This document shows positions 18,001-29,500 of a DNA stretch of 64,000 nucleotides, in pieces (position 1 is the first letter of the stretch; the number at the start of each line of letters is the position of its first letter). This stretch comes from Bugula neritina (Eukaryota > Animalia > Bryozoa), in NCBI GenBank assembly GCA_964035545.1, contig OZ037771.1, forward strand, positions 10,234,480 through 10,298,479, read 5' to 3'. The notes under the pieces were generated by a model that did no database searches, was not told the DNA's origin, and saw only the letters and a list, made by a program, of their open reading frames with translations. The translations under genes and the position numbers were made by a program.

Positions 18001-21000
18001 ACTGAAACATACTGAGAGATACTGAAAAAAAATGAAATATACTGTAACACACTTAATATTACTGCAAAATGCTGAAATATACTGTAACACAGTGAAGTAT
18101 TCTGCAAAATTCTGAAACATACTGTAACACACTGAAACATGAGCAATATACTGCAAATGCCTCAACATATTCAAATATACTGCAAGATACTGCAACATAC
18201 GTAAATACACTATAACATACTGAAATACACTGCAACATACTGCAACATACAGAAGTACACTGTAAAATATTGAAATACATTGCAATACATTGGAATATAC
18301 TGCAACACACTGAAATATACTGCAACATACTGAAATATACTGCAACATACTGCAACATGCTGAAATACACTGTAACATACTGTAACATACTGAAATACAC
18401 TGCAACATATCAAAGTATATCGTAATATACGGACATGTACTGTAACATACTGAAACACATTGAAACATACTGAAACATACTGAAACATACTTCAACACAC
18501 TGAAATATACTAAAACATACTGAAATATACTGCAACATACTGCAACATACTGAAATACACTGTAACAAACTGAAATACACTGCAACGCAATGGAATATAC
18601 TGCAACATACCCTAATTTATTGTAATATACTGAAATATACTGCAACATACCGCAACATACTGAAATACACTGTAACAAACTGAAATACACTGCAACACAT
18701 TGGTATATACTGCAACATACCCAAATATATGGTAATATACTGAAATATACTGAAATACACTGTAACGCATTGAAAAATACTGCAACATACTGAAAGACAC
18801 TACAACTCACTGAAGTATAGTGTAATATACGGAAATGAACTGTAACATACCGATATTTACTGTAACACACTGAAATATACTGCAACATACTGAAATACAC
18901 TATATCATACCAAAATAAACTGCAACATACCGCAACATACTGAAATACACTGTAACATACTAAAATACACTGCAAAATTCTGCAACATACTTCAACGTAC
19001 TGAAATACACTGTAACATAACGAAATACACTGCAACACATTGAAATATACTGCAACACACTGAAATATACTGCAAAATACTGAAATGTACTTCAACATAC
19101 TGAAAAACACTGCAACATATTGAAGTATATCGTAATATACGGACATGTACTGTAACATACTGAAACACACTGAAACACACTGAAACATACTGAAACATAC
19201 TGAACTACACTGCAACATACTGCAACATACTGAAGTACACTGTAACAAACTGAAATACACTGCAACACAATGGAATATACTGCAACATACCCTAATTTAT
19301 TGTAATATGCTGAAATATACTGCAACATACCGCAACGTACTGAAATACACTGTTACATACTAAAATACACTGCAACATACTAAAGTACACTGCAACATTC
19401 TGCAAAATTCTGCAACATACTTTAACATACTGAAATACACTGTAACATAATGAAATACACTGCAACACATTGAAGTATACTGCAACAAACTGAAATATAC
19501 TGCAACATACTGAAGTATACTGCAACATACTGAAATTCACTGCAACATATCCAAGTATATCGTAATATACGGACATGTACTGTAACATACTGAAACACAC
19601 TGAAACATACTGAAACATACTGAGACATACTTCAACACACTGAAATATATTAAAACATACTGAAATATACTGCAGCATCCTGCAACATACTGAAATACAC
19701 TGTAACAAACTGAAATACACTGCAACACATTGGAATATACTGCAACATACCCTAATATATGGTAATATACTGAAATATACTGCGACATCCTGCAACATAC
19801 TGAAATACACTGTAACAAACTGAAATACACTGCAACACATTGAAATATACTGCAACACACTGAAATATACTGCAACACATCCAAGTACATTGTAATATAC
19901 GGACATGTACTGTAACATACTGAAACATACTGAAACATACTGAAACAAAATGAAATATGCTGTAACACACAGAGTAATACTGCAAAATGCTGAAATATAC
20001 TGTAACACAGTGAAGTATAATGCAAAATTCTGAAATATACTGTAAGATACTGAAATATGCCTCAACATGCTCAAATATACTGCAAGATACTGCAACATAC
20101 GTAAATACACTGTAACAATCCGGAAAACAATGCAACATACTGCAACGTACTGAAGTACACTGTAAATTATTGAAATACACTGCAACACATTGGAATATAC
20201 TGCAGCACACTGAAATATACTGCAACATACTGCAACATGCTGAAATACACTGTAACATATTGCAACATACTGAAATACATTGCAACAAACTGCCACATAC
20301 TGAACTACACTGTACATATTGAAAAACACTGCAAAACACTGAAATGTACTGCAACACACTGAAATTTACTGCAAAATACTGAAATATACTTCAACATACT
20401 GCAACATACCGAAAGACACTGTAACATACTACAATAAACTGCAACATACTAAAATACACTGCAACATTCTGCAATACACTTCAACATACTGAAATACACT
20501 GTAACATAATGAAATACACTTCAACACATTGAAATATACTGCAACAAACTGAAATATACTGCAACAAACTGAAATACACTGTAACATACCGAAATAAGCT
20601 TCAACATACTGCAACATACTGAAATACACTGTAACATACTACAATATACTGCAACATACTAAAATACACTGCAACATTCTGCAATATACTTCAACATACT
20701 GAAATACACTGCAACACATTGAAATATACTGCAACACACTAAATATACTGCAACATACTGAAATACACTGTAACACACTGAAATATACTGCAACACATCC
20801 AACTAGACTGTAATATACGGACATGTACTGTAACATACTGAAACATACTTCAACATACTCAAATACACTGTAACATAATGAAATACACTGCAACACATTG
20901 AAATATACCGCAACACACTGGAATATACTGCAACACATCCAAGTACATCGTAATATACGGACATGTACTGTAACATACTGAAACATACTGAGACATACTG

Positions 21001-22205
21001 AAACAAAATGAAGTATACTGTAACACACTTAATATTACTGCAAAATGCTGAAATATACTGTAACACAGTGAAGTATTCTGCAAAATTCTGAAACATACTG
21101 TAACATACTGAAACATGAGCAATATACTGCAAATGCCTCAACATATTCAAATATACTGCAAGATACTGCAACATACGTAAATACACTGTAACATACTGAA
21201 ATACACTGCAACATACTGCAACATACAGAAGTACACTGTAAAATATTGAAATACATTGCAATACATTGGAATATACTGCAACACACTGAAATATACTGCA
21301 ACATACTGAAATATACTGCAACATACTGCAACATGCTGAAATACACTGTAACATACTGTAACATACTGAAATACACTGCAACATATCAAAGTATATCGTA
21401 ATATACGGACATGTACTGTAACATACTGAAACACATTGAAACATACTGAAACATACTGAAACATACTTCAACACACTGAAATATACTAAAACATACTGAA
21501 ATATACTGCAACATACTGCAACATACTGAAATACACTGTAACAAACTGAAATACACTGCAACACAATGGAATATACTGCAACATACCCTAATTTATTGTA
21601 ATATACTGAAATATACTGCAACATACCGCAACATACTGAAATACACTGTAACAAACTGAAATACACTGCAACACATTGGTATATACTGCAACATACCCAA
21701 ATATATGGTAATATACTGAAATATACTGAATCACACTGTAACGCATTGAAAAATACTGCAACATACTGAAAGACACTACAACTCACTGAAGTATAGTGTA
21801 ATATACGGAAATGAACTGTAACATACCGATATTTACCGTAACACACTGAAATATACTGCAAAATACTGAAATGTACTTCAACATACTGAAAAACACTGCA
21901 ACATATCGAAGTATCTCGTAATATACGGACATGTACTGTAACATACTGAAACACACTGAAACACACTGAAACATACTGAAACATACTGAACTACACTGCA
22001 ACATACTGCAACATACTGAAGTACACTGTAACAACCTGAAATACACTGCAACACAATGGAATATACTGCAACATACCCTAATTTATTGTAATATGCTGAA
22101 ATATACTGCAACATACCGCAACATACTGAAATACACTGTTACATACTAAAATACACTGCAACATACTAAAGTACACTGCAACATTCTGCAAAATTCTGCA
22201 ACATA
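1..22205 (+). repeat. 10-bp-unit satellite DNA array (left arm) with modular higher-order structure
   Basis: Continuous tandem 10-mers ACATACTGAA / ACATACTGCA / ATACACTGTA / ATATACTGCA, often alternating as a 20-mer. The register holds over long stretches and shifts only at rare short indels. The array runs off the left window edge and stops at the TA (22204-22205) preceding the Tc1 TIR. Confidence 0.97.
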
Positions 22206-22232
22206 CAGTGCTGTGAAAAAGTTTAAGGACGC
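22206..22232 (+). repeat. Tc1 left terminal inverted repeat (27 bp)
   Basis: CAGTGCTGTGAAAAAGTTTAAGGACGC, exact reverse complement of 26523-26549. The CAGT start after TA is typical of Tc1. Confidence 0.96.
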
Positions 22233-22602
22233 TTGCAGAAGTTTTTATGTATCTTGTTTAATAGGCATTTTTTGCAAGTTCATAGTATTTTCCTGCAAGT
22301 TCTATATATCAAAATGATCCTTAGAATGTGCACTACAATTTCCACCTCATAAATTTCTACTGCTGTAATTTTTTCTACCCATTTTTGGGCTAACTACACA
22401 AGCAGCTAGTAAAGCGCATAAAACTGTGTTTTTATGTTTCCAAATTTTATCGCTTCTAATAACCACAAAAGGCTAAACCGTGAAATTTTATATGTGCATG
22501 GCATCATGATATCATAAAGTATGACATTCTTTCATAGTTTAAAATCTGTCATTCAGTTGTAAGCTTTTACATGGTTCCACTTAGGTGCTGCGCATAGACA
22601 AA

Positions 22603-23084
22603 ATGAGAGCTGTAAATCTTACTTCAAAAGCAAGGTTTGTAATAATTTTCTTGCATAACGAAGGTTATGCAATTAGGAAATTATCTGAAAAAGTTGACAA
22701 AGCAAAGACAACTGTACATCAAATTATCAAGAAGTTTATGGAGACTGGCAGTGTAGCAGATCAACCTGGAAGTGGACGACCAAGAATAAGCACACCCAGA
22801 GATGACAAGGTTCTCATTATGATCAGCAAGAAGGATCGTCATAAAACAAGTTCTGAGTTGGCAAAGAATGCTCAGAATCAACAGGAACAGCAGCTTTGAC
22901 ATCCCAGATAATGCGAAGATTGCTGAGCCGTGGTCTACATGGTCGCAAAGCAAGAAGGAAGCCTCTACTAACCGAGAAGTAGCAAAAAACCGGCTACAGT
23001 GGGCCAAGGAGCATGGTAGTTAGACAGTGAATGCTTAGAAAAAAGTGATTATTTCAGATGAATCTACATTTAATGTGAACAATC
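22603..23084 (+). pseudogene. Tc1 transposase pseudogene, 5' part (paired-like HTH DNA-binding region, GRPR motif, first catalytic Asp)
   Basis: ATG at 22603 gives MRAVNLTSKARFVIIFLHNEGYAIRKLSEKVDKAKTTVHQIIKKFMETGSVADQPGSGRPR (GRPR at 22774-22785). After a frameshift at ~22868: ...IMRRLLSRGLHGRKARRKPLLTEK* (TAG 22980). After a second frameshift at ~22990: RLQWAKEHGS*TVNA*KKVIISDESTFNVNN (TAG at 23021 and 23036 where Tc1 usually has Trp; SDES Asp at 23057). Confidence 0.93.
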
Positions 23085-23260
23085 CACAGTTGGTTTAAGG
23101 TCATACTTTTCATTTTCTGGCTCTTTGCCAGGTGCTTTATGTTCTATATGAACAATGTTCCACTGATAGCTCGAACAGGTTGAATGTCACAGGAACAAAA
23201 AAAATATGAAAAGATAAAAAAACTTATGTTCTCCAATATACTTTTTTATTTTTTTCAAAA
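23085..23260 (+). repeat. Left long imperfect terminal inverted repeat of nested element
   Basis: 20-bp core plus colinear blocks shared with the reverse complement of the right end: TGCTTTATGTT(C/A)TATAT(G/A)AAC, GATAGCTCGAACAG, TCACA, ATGAAAAGATA, ATATACTTTTTT, TTTTTCAA. Inner boundary approximate. Confidence 0.82.
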
Positions 23261-24669
23261 GCCAATTCATGTTTAAGTTATAGCTTGTTGAAAAACATAG
23301 TCCCCCTTCCACATTCTTTTCAATTTATACGCTCCTGACTTGTTATTTTGTCTCAATATGCCTTGTATTTGAGTGCTTGTTAGTCTCGCTTCACTAACTT
23401 TGCCTATACTTCACAAGTGCCAGTGCTGCTGGCTCAAAAGCTAAATGTTATAAACTGTCAGCTAAAACCCAATCTTGTATTCCTAGGTTGGTTGGCCTAA
23501 ATAAAACAATAGTCAAATCATGATTTCATGTTTTAAAAATTTACTTTATTCTAACCTGCTGCCTAGCTAGTTCTATTTTTGATGTATAATTACAAAATTT
23601 GTGATACATTTTTTTGGCAATCATGTGATTTATAAAATGCAGTAATGGTACTTATAATATTATATTATTATCATTATAATATATTATATAGTATTATGTG
23701 TGTGTTTTTATTATACTGCATAATATCTATTTTATTATTGTTGTTGTGCAAACAAGTGCAATTAACCTAGTTTTCAAAATGTACCTCTAAATTATCAGAA
23801 TATCAGTTTAGATATTTTCATGCTTTGTAAGGTAAACCTAAAAAAAGAGGCTGTATTCCCAAAGTAAAGGGTGTTGAACTATGAACTATATTAGATTAGC
23901 CACTCTGCTACCAAGTGCATCAGTATAATATTATATGAATAGCTCTGATGCTTTGTCTCCGGTGGCTGGCTGCGATATGATAACTTGGCCAACTTCCAAG
24001 AGTTTAAAATTGGCGCAATTATTCAAGAGGTTACATGCTGCACAGAGCTAGCAGTGATAGTAACCTTGCTATTGGCAGTACTTATTACAACTGCCAGCAT
24101 ATAAGCTGCATTGTAGAATGCCGTTGGGGTAGGCTAGTAAAACCAAATTCTGCTCTCTAATATACCTTAGACACAATGCAGCAACATAATTGTTCATTTC
24201 AAATTACATTGCCACCCTTACATGAGCTGTGGGCTTCATAAAGATTCATATGATTAGAGATTTATGCTATAGGCTAGCTATGATGAAAATAACACACCAT
24301 TGTCAAAGTTAACTTCAAGTATGTTGTTTTCCAGAAACTCAGTAATGTCCATTTATCTCTCTCATACAAATACTTATGTAATAGCATACAGTTTAAGTTT
24401 TATTTTAGAGCACATCTGCAAATTCTACAATAAGAGCTTGCTTTACCAGTCTATTTCAGACCTGTTTTTGTAGCTAGTAATACGCAAGCTACTTATTTTT
24501 AAACTTTTGGGTTATTTGTTCAAAACCATTAGCTTTGCTAGTAACCCGAGACTATTGCAACAGTTGACTGCAATCAACATGAATTGACAGCCTAATAATT
24601 ATAACCCATTTGCGAGCGAAATATTTATGTAATGATAGTGACTCATATAGTGCGCTTTCTTTGAACAAT

Positions 24670-24750
24670 GACTGCGTGGTCCAGAGGTTAGAGGCGTCAG
24701 CGACGAGTTGGTTGGTCATGGTTCAACCCTATTTTGTTGCAATTTTTTTT
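24670..24750 (+). mobile_element. tRNA-derived SINE-like head / degenerate Pol III type-2 promoter
   Basis: A-box-like TGGTCCAGAGG (24677-24687) followed by TTAG, then B-box-like GGTTCAACCC (24720-24729) 32 nt downstream, then a T8 run (24743-24750). It is a GC-rich island in AT-rich DNA. No intact cloverleaf and no TSD identified. Confidence 0.5.
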
Positions 24751-25229
24751 GTCAACTTATGCAAATCCTACGCATGTATAATAAATATGGCTATAATTGT
24801 AAAGTTTTTTTTTAACTTTTGTTTAACAGTAAGACAACATACATGCATAATAATTAGATACTGAACACTGGACTAAACCTTAAATTGATCTTATAGAATA
24901 CAATGTACTTAAAATAATCATATGTGAATTAGAGAAACTGAAAGTATACACCTGCTGCGCTATAGACAGACCTTTACTGACAAGACTGCAAAGTGAAGTG
25001 ATTTAGCTGAAATTAACTCTGCCAAACAAACAAAGAATTATGTTGTGCTGAGGCATTTTCAATATATTATTATTGTAACATAGTGAGATGATTCAGCTAA
25101 GTGCTAATGTAAAACAGGGAACATTATATTGGCAGAAATCCAATAGATTGCCAATTTGTGCGAGAGGGTACTATATGTTATTGTGATAGCGCAGAGCGGC
25201 AAACGTACTAGGAATGTTATAATTAGTCA

Positions 25230-25430
25230 CAGGAGCGTAGCTAGAACCACCATATGAAGAATTTAGAAAATTGCAGTGAAACTTGCAAAATGGTGTATGT
25301 TTTTACCAAATTGTGAAGAGCATAAACAGAATTTCAAAAAACAAAGAAAGTATATTAGAGAAAACATATCAAGGAATGTCAAGTTTAACTTTTAGACTTT
25401 ATAAAACGAATCCCCTGTGCTACAGCAGTG
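25230..25430. mobile_element. Possible old MITE with degenerate CAGGGGCGTAGC-type ends
   Basis: Left end CAGGAGCGTAGCTAG and right end CCCCTGTGCTACAGCAGTG share an inverted GTAGC core and flank an AT-rich ~170-bp interior. No TSD is visible. Confidence 0.25.
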
Positions 25431-25489
25431 GAACATGGAGGGTGTAAAATTTTACTTATTATGCAACAACTTTCTCAGAAAATTTTTTA

Positions 25490-25654
25490 TTGAAAAATTA
25501 AAAAAGTATATGAAAGAGGAATGCAAGAGCTATCTTTTCATGTAAAATTTGTTAATGTGAGACAAAAACTGTTCGAGCTATCCCCTGGAAACCGTTTATA
25601 TATAACATAAAGCAGTGCCTGAATTTGGAAAGTAATGACCTTAAACTAACTGTG
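25490..25654 (-). repeat. Right long imperfect terminal inverted repeat of nested element
   Basis: The reverse complement reads CACAGTTAGTTTAAGGTCATTACTTTCC...TGCTTTATGTTATATATAAAC...GATAGCTCGAACAG...ATGAAAAGATA...ATATACTTTTTT, colinear with 23085-23260. Confidence 0.82.
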
Positions 25655-25657
25655 ATC

Positions 25658-26198
25658 ATGCTGGAAACTGTTTTGTTAGAAGATACCAGTATGAGAAATA
25701 TAACCCCTAATGTATTCTTCGAACAATTAAGCACCCTATCGGTGTTATGTTCTGGGGTTGCATAACATCAAAAGGTGTAGGTCGACTCATTAATTGCTCT
25801 GGAATGATGTTAATGCTCAAAAATATATGGAGAATCTCAATGCTAAACTTCTTCCAATCACAAAAAACTTCTTTTTAAATAAAATTAACATATTTGAAGA
25901 TGACAATGCACCATGCCATTGGGCAAAATCTGTTAAAGAGTGGATGAAAAAGCAGAGGGTCTCAACGCTTAACTGGCCAGCACACAGCCGGGACTTGAAC
26001 CCAATAAGAAATTCATGGTCAAGAATGGCTAAAATAGTCTCTTCACAGAAGCCAACAGCTAAGGTGACACTCATAGAGCCTGTAATTCATGCATGGCATC
26101 ATGTGGTGACTGAAAACGAGTTGGAGAAGCTGTACCAGTCAATGCCTCCTCGCTGCCGACTAGTGATTGAGAATAAAGGCTGGCCAACAAAACATTGA
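25658..26198 (+). pseudogene. Tc1 transposase pseudogene, 3' part (DDE catalytic domain)
   Basis: HAGNCFVRRYQYEKYNP*CILRTIKHPIGVMFWGCITSKGVGRL (TAA 25708), frameshift at ~25805, then VNAQKYMENL...FEDDNAPCH...NWPAHSRDLNPIRNSW...SMPPRCRLVIENKGWPTKH* (ORF 25794..26198). The second Asp is at 25902. After 34 intervening residues, the expected Glu position (26007) reads Arg. Confidence 0.94.
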
Positions 26199-26522
26199 TA
26201 CTAAAATTTAAAGCACTGTGTGCTGCAATGCTGCTATAATGTGTATAACAATTCACATGTAATATTTTTCTATGTTTCAAGTAAAATATTCTGATATCCT
26301 GCAGTACACACAATTTGTGTAAAGATCGTAAAATTCCCATATATGCATAGTATCTCATTGTTTCACCCAAGTTTTGGGAGGAAGTGAAAAGAGAGACTAA
26401 TAATTTATATAAATGAAATAAGGAGACCTTAAGGATCATTTTGATAGGCATCATGCCTATGGATATGCTTTTGTTATGTCTTAAAATTAGCTTGGAACTT
26501 TGCTATTATGGAAAACAGTAAG

Positions 26523-26549
26523 GCGTCCTTAAACTTTTTCACAGCACTG
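26523..26549 (-). repeat. Tc1 right terminal inverted repeat (27 bp)
   Basis: GCGTCCTTAAACTTTTTCACAGCACTG followed by TA; exact inverse of 22206-22232. Confidence 0.96.
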
Positions 26550-29500
26550 TACTTCAACATACTGAAATACACTGTAACATAATGAAATACACTGCAACAC
26601 ATTGAAGTATACTGCAACAAACTGAAATATACTGCAACATACTGAAGTATACTGCAACATACTGAAATACACTGCAACATATCCAAGTATATCGTAATAT
26701 ACGGACATGTACTGTAACATACTGAAACACACTGAAACATACTGAAACATACTGAGACATACTTCAACACACTGAAATATGTTAAAACATACTGAAATAT
26801 ACTGCAAAATCCTGCAACATACTGAAATACACTGTAACAAACTGAAATACACTGCAACACATTGGAATATACTGCAACATACCCTAATATATGGTAATAT
26901 ACTGAAATATACTGCAACATCTTGCAACATACTGAAATACACTGTAACAAACTGAAATACACTGCAACACATTGAAATATACTGCAACACACTGAAATAT
27001 ACTGCAACACATCCAAGTACATTGTAATATACGGACATGTACTGTAACATACTGAAACATACTGAAACATACTGAAACAAAATGAAATATGCTGTAACAC
27101 ACCGAGTAATACTGCAAAATGCTGAAATATATTGTAACACAGTGAAGTATAATGCAAAATTCTGAAATAAACTGTAAGATACTGAAATATGCCTCAACAT
27201 GCTCAAATATACTGCAAATACTGCAACATACGTAAATACACTGTAACATTCCGGAAAACAATGCAACATACTGCAACGTACTGAAGTACACTGTACATTA
27301 TTGAAATACACTGCAACACATTGGAATATACTGCAGCACACTGAAATATACTGCAACATACTGCAACATACTGAAATACACTGTAACATATTGCAACATA
27401 CTGAAATACCTTGCAACAAACTGCCACATACTGAACTACACTGTACATATTGAAAAACACTGCAAAACACTGAAATGTACTGCAACACACTGAAATTTAC
27501 TGCAAAATACTGAAATATACTTCAACATACTGCAACATACTGAAAGACACTACAACTCACTGAAGTATAGTGCAATATACAGAAATGTACTGTAACATAC
27601 TGATATTTACTGTAACACACTGAAATATACTGCAACATACTGAAGTACACTGTAACATACCGAAATAAGCTTCAACATACTGCAACATACTGAAATACAC
27701 TGTAACATACTACAATAAACTGCAACATACTAAAATACACTGCAACATTCTGCAATATACTTCAACATACTGAAATACACTGTAACATAATGAAATACAC
27801 TGCAACACATTGAAATATACTGCAACAAACTGAAATATACTGCAACAAACTGAAATGTACTGCAACATACTGAAATATACTGCAACACATCCAAGAACAT
27901 CGTAATATACGGACATGTACTGTAACATACTGAAACATACTGAAACATACTGAAACATACTGAAACAAAATTAAATATGCTGTAACACACCTAATAATAC
28001 TGCAAAATGCTGAAATATACTGTAACACAGTGAAGTATACTGCAAAATTCCGAAACATACTGTATCATACTGAAACATGAGCACGATATTGAAAAATGCC
28101 TCAACATATTCAAATATACTGCAAGATTCTGCAACATACGTAAATACTTTGTAACATACTGAAATACACTGCAACATACTGCAACATACTGAAATACACT
28201 GTACATATTGAAAAACACTGCAACACACTGAAATATACTGCAACACACTGAAATATACTGCATAATACTGAAAAAGACTACAACTCACTGAAGTATAGTG
28301 CAATATACAGAAATGTACTGTAACATACTGGTATTTACTGTAACACACTGAAATATACTGCAACATACTGAAATACACTGTAACATACCGAAATAAGCCG
28401 CAACATACCGCAACATACTGAAATACACCGTTACATACTAAAATACACTGCAACATACTGAAATACACCGCAACATTCTGCAACATTCTGCAACATACTT
28501 CAACATACTGCTATACACTGTAACATAATGAAATACACTGCAACACATTGAAACATACTGCAACAAACTGAAATATACTGCAACATACTGAAATTTACTG
28601 CAACATACTGAAATACCCTGCAACATATCAAAGTATATTGTAATGTACGGACATGTACTGTAACATACTGAAACACACTGAAACATAATGAAACATACTG
28701 AAATACACTGCAACACATTGGAATGTACTGCAACATACCCTAATATATTGTAATATACTGAAATATACTGAAATACACTGTAAAACATTGAAAAATACTG
28801 CAACATACAAAAATACACTGCAAAATTCAGCAACATACTTCAACATACTGAAATACACTGCAACATACTGCAGCATACTGAAGTACACTGTAATATATTG
28901 AAGTACACTGCAACACATTGGAATATACTGCAACACACTGAAATATACTAAAACATACTGAAATATATTGCAACATACTGCGACATACTGAAATATACTG
29001 TAACAAACTGAAGTACACTGCAACACATTGGAATATACTGCAACATACCCAAATATATTGTAATATACTTAAATATACTGCAACATACCGCAAAATACTG
29101 AAATACATTGTAACAAACTGAAATACACTGCAACACATTGGTATATACTGCAACATACCCAAATACATGGTAATATACTGAAATATACTGAGATACACTC
29201 AAACACATTGAAAAATACTGCAACATACTGAAAGACACTACAACTCACTGAAGTATAGTGTTATATGCGGAAATAGAACGTAACATACTGATATTTACTG
29301 TAACACGCTGAAATATACTGCAACATACTGAAATACACTAACGTACCGAACTAAACTACAACATACTGAATTACGCTGTAACATACTAAAATACACTGCA
29401 ACATTCTGCAACATACTTCAACATACTGAAATAGACTGTAACATAATGAAATACACTGCAACATACTGCAACATACTGAAGTACACTGTGAAATATTGAA

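Larger units (their letters stand above)
23085..25654. mobile_element. Nested non-autonomous TIR DNA transposon, CMC superfamily-like (Chapaev/Chapaev3 or CACTA type), 2570 bp
   Basis: Ends are 5'-CACAGTTGGTTTAAGGTCAT ... ATGACCTTAAACTAACTGTG-3' (19/20 inverted match), with a 3-bp TSD ATC (23082-23084, 25655-25657). Removing it restores the transposase frame (..AAC AAT C|AT GCT GGA AAC.. = NNHAGN). No transposase ORF was recognised inside. The element boundaries are secure; the superfamily call rests only on CAC/GTG termini plus the 3-bp TSD. Confidence 0.85.
22206..26549 (+). mobile_element. Tc1/mariner-superfamily (Tc1, DD34E-type) DNA transposon, defective, carrying a nested insertion
   Basis: Perfect 27-bp TIRs CAGTGCTGTGAAAAAGTTTAAGGACGC, TA on both sides (22204-22205, 26550-26551), and internal Tc1 transposase remnants. 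Length is 4344 bp, or 1771 bp once the nested element and its 3-bp TSD are removed. The empty site ...ctgcaacaTActtcaacatactg... is seen at 10539-10540 and 1482-1483. Confidence 0.96.
17600..27540 (+). repeat. ~2.98-kb higher-order repeat pair; second copy interrupted by the Tc1 element
   Basis: Matching ORFs are offset by 2976 (17883/20859, 18059/21035, 18612/21588), then by 2786 after a 190-bp deletion (19092/21878). The sequence after 26550 continues as in 19418 onward. A paralogous block lies 8879 bp upstream (9004/17883, 10658/19537, 11550/20429). Boundaries approximate. Confidence 0.8.

Noticed and set aside
1-22205. CRISPR array or repeat-spacer system
   Set aside because: There are no unique spacers; everything between landmarks is the same 10-mer family. 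No cas genes are present and the context is eukaryotic.
22559-22584. GTAAGC...TTAG mini-intron upstream of the transposase ATG
   Set aside because: It is only 26 nt, too short for most spliceosomes, and cannot be supported without transcript data.
22681-23007. Minus-strand ORFs 22681..23007, 25552..25734, 25817..26074 and 26071..26454
   Set aside because: These are antisense shadows of the transposase pseudogene or element ends, with no recognisable motifs.
23085-23130. RAG/Transib recombination-signal-like end (CACAGT resembles the RSS heptamer CACAGTG)
   Set aside because: The seventh base differs, there is no ACAAAAACC-like nonamer at 12 or 23 bp from either end, and the TSD is 3 bp rather than 5 bp. 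The ACAAAAACT at ~25562 has the wrong orientation and distance.
23651-23745. AT-rich ATT/TAT low-complexity stretch
   Set aside because: An ordinary degenerate microsatellite with no further structure seen.
24610-24864. 84-aa plus-strand ORF in the nested element
   Set aside because: Non-ATG (TTG) start, no recognisable domain, and it runs through the SINE-like head and T-runs.
25186-25215. Third A-box-like word TAGCGCAGAGCGG
   Set aside because: No B box at a suitable distance.
23085-25654. Interpreting the 2.57-kb interruption as a spliceosomal intron of the transposase
   Set aside because: The ends are CAC...GTG with inverted repeats and a 3-bp duplication, not GT...AG.
22980-25710. Fungal RIP signature (all four stops can arise by CpA-to-TpA change)
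   Set aside because: Most single transitions that create stop codons are CpA-type by necessity. The CpA-rich satellite shows no wholesale conversion to TpA.
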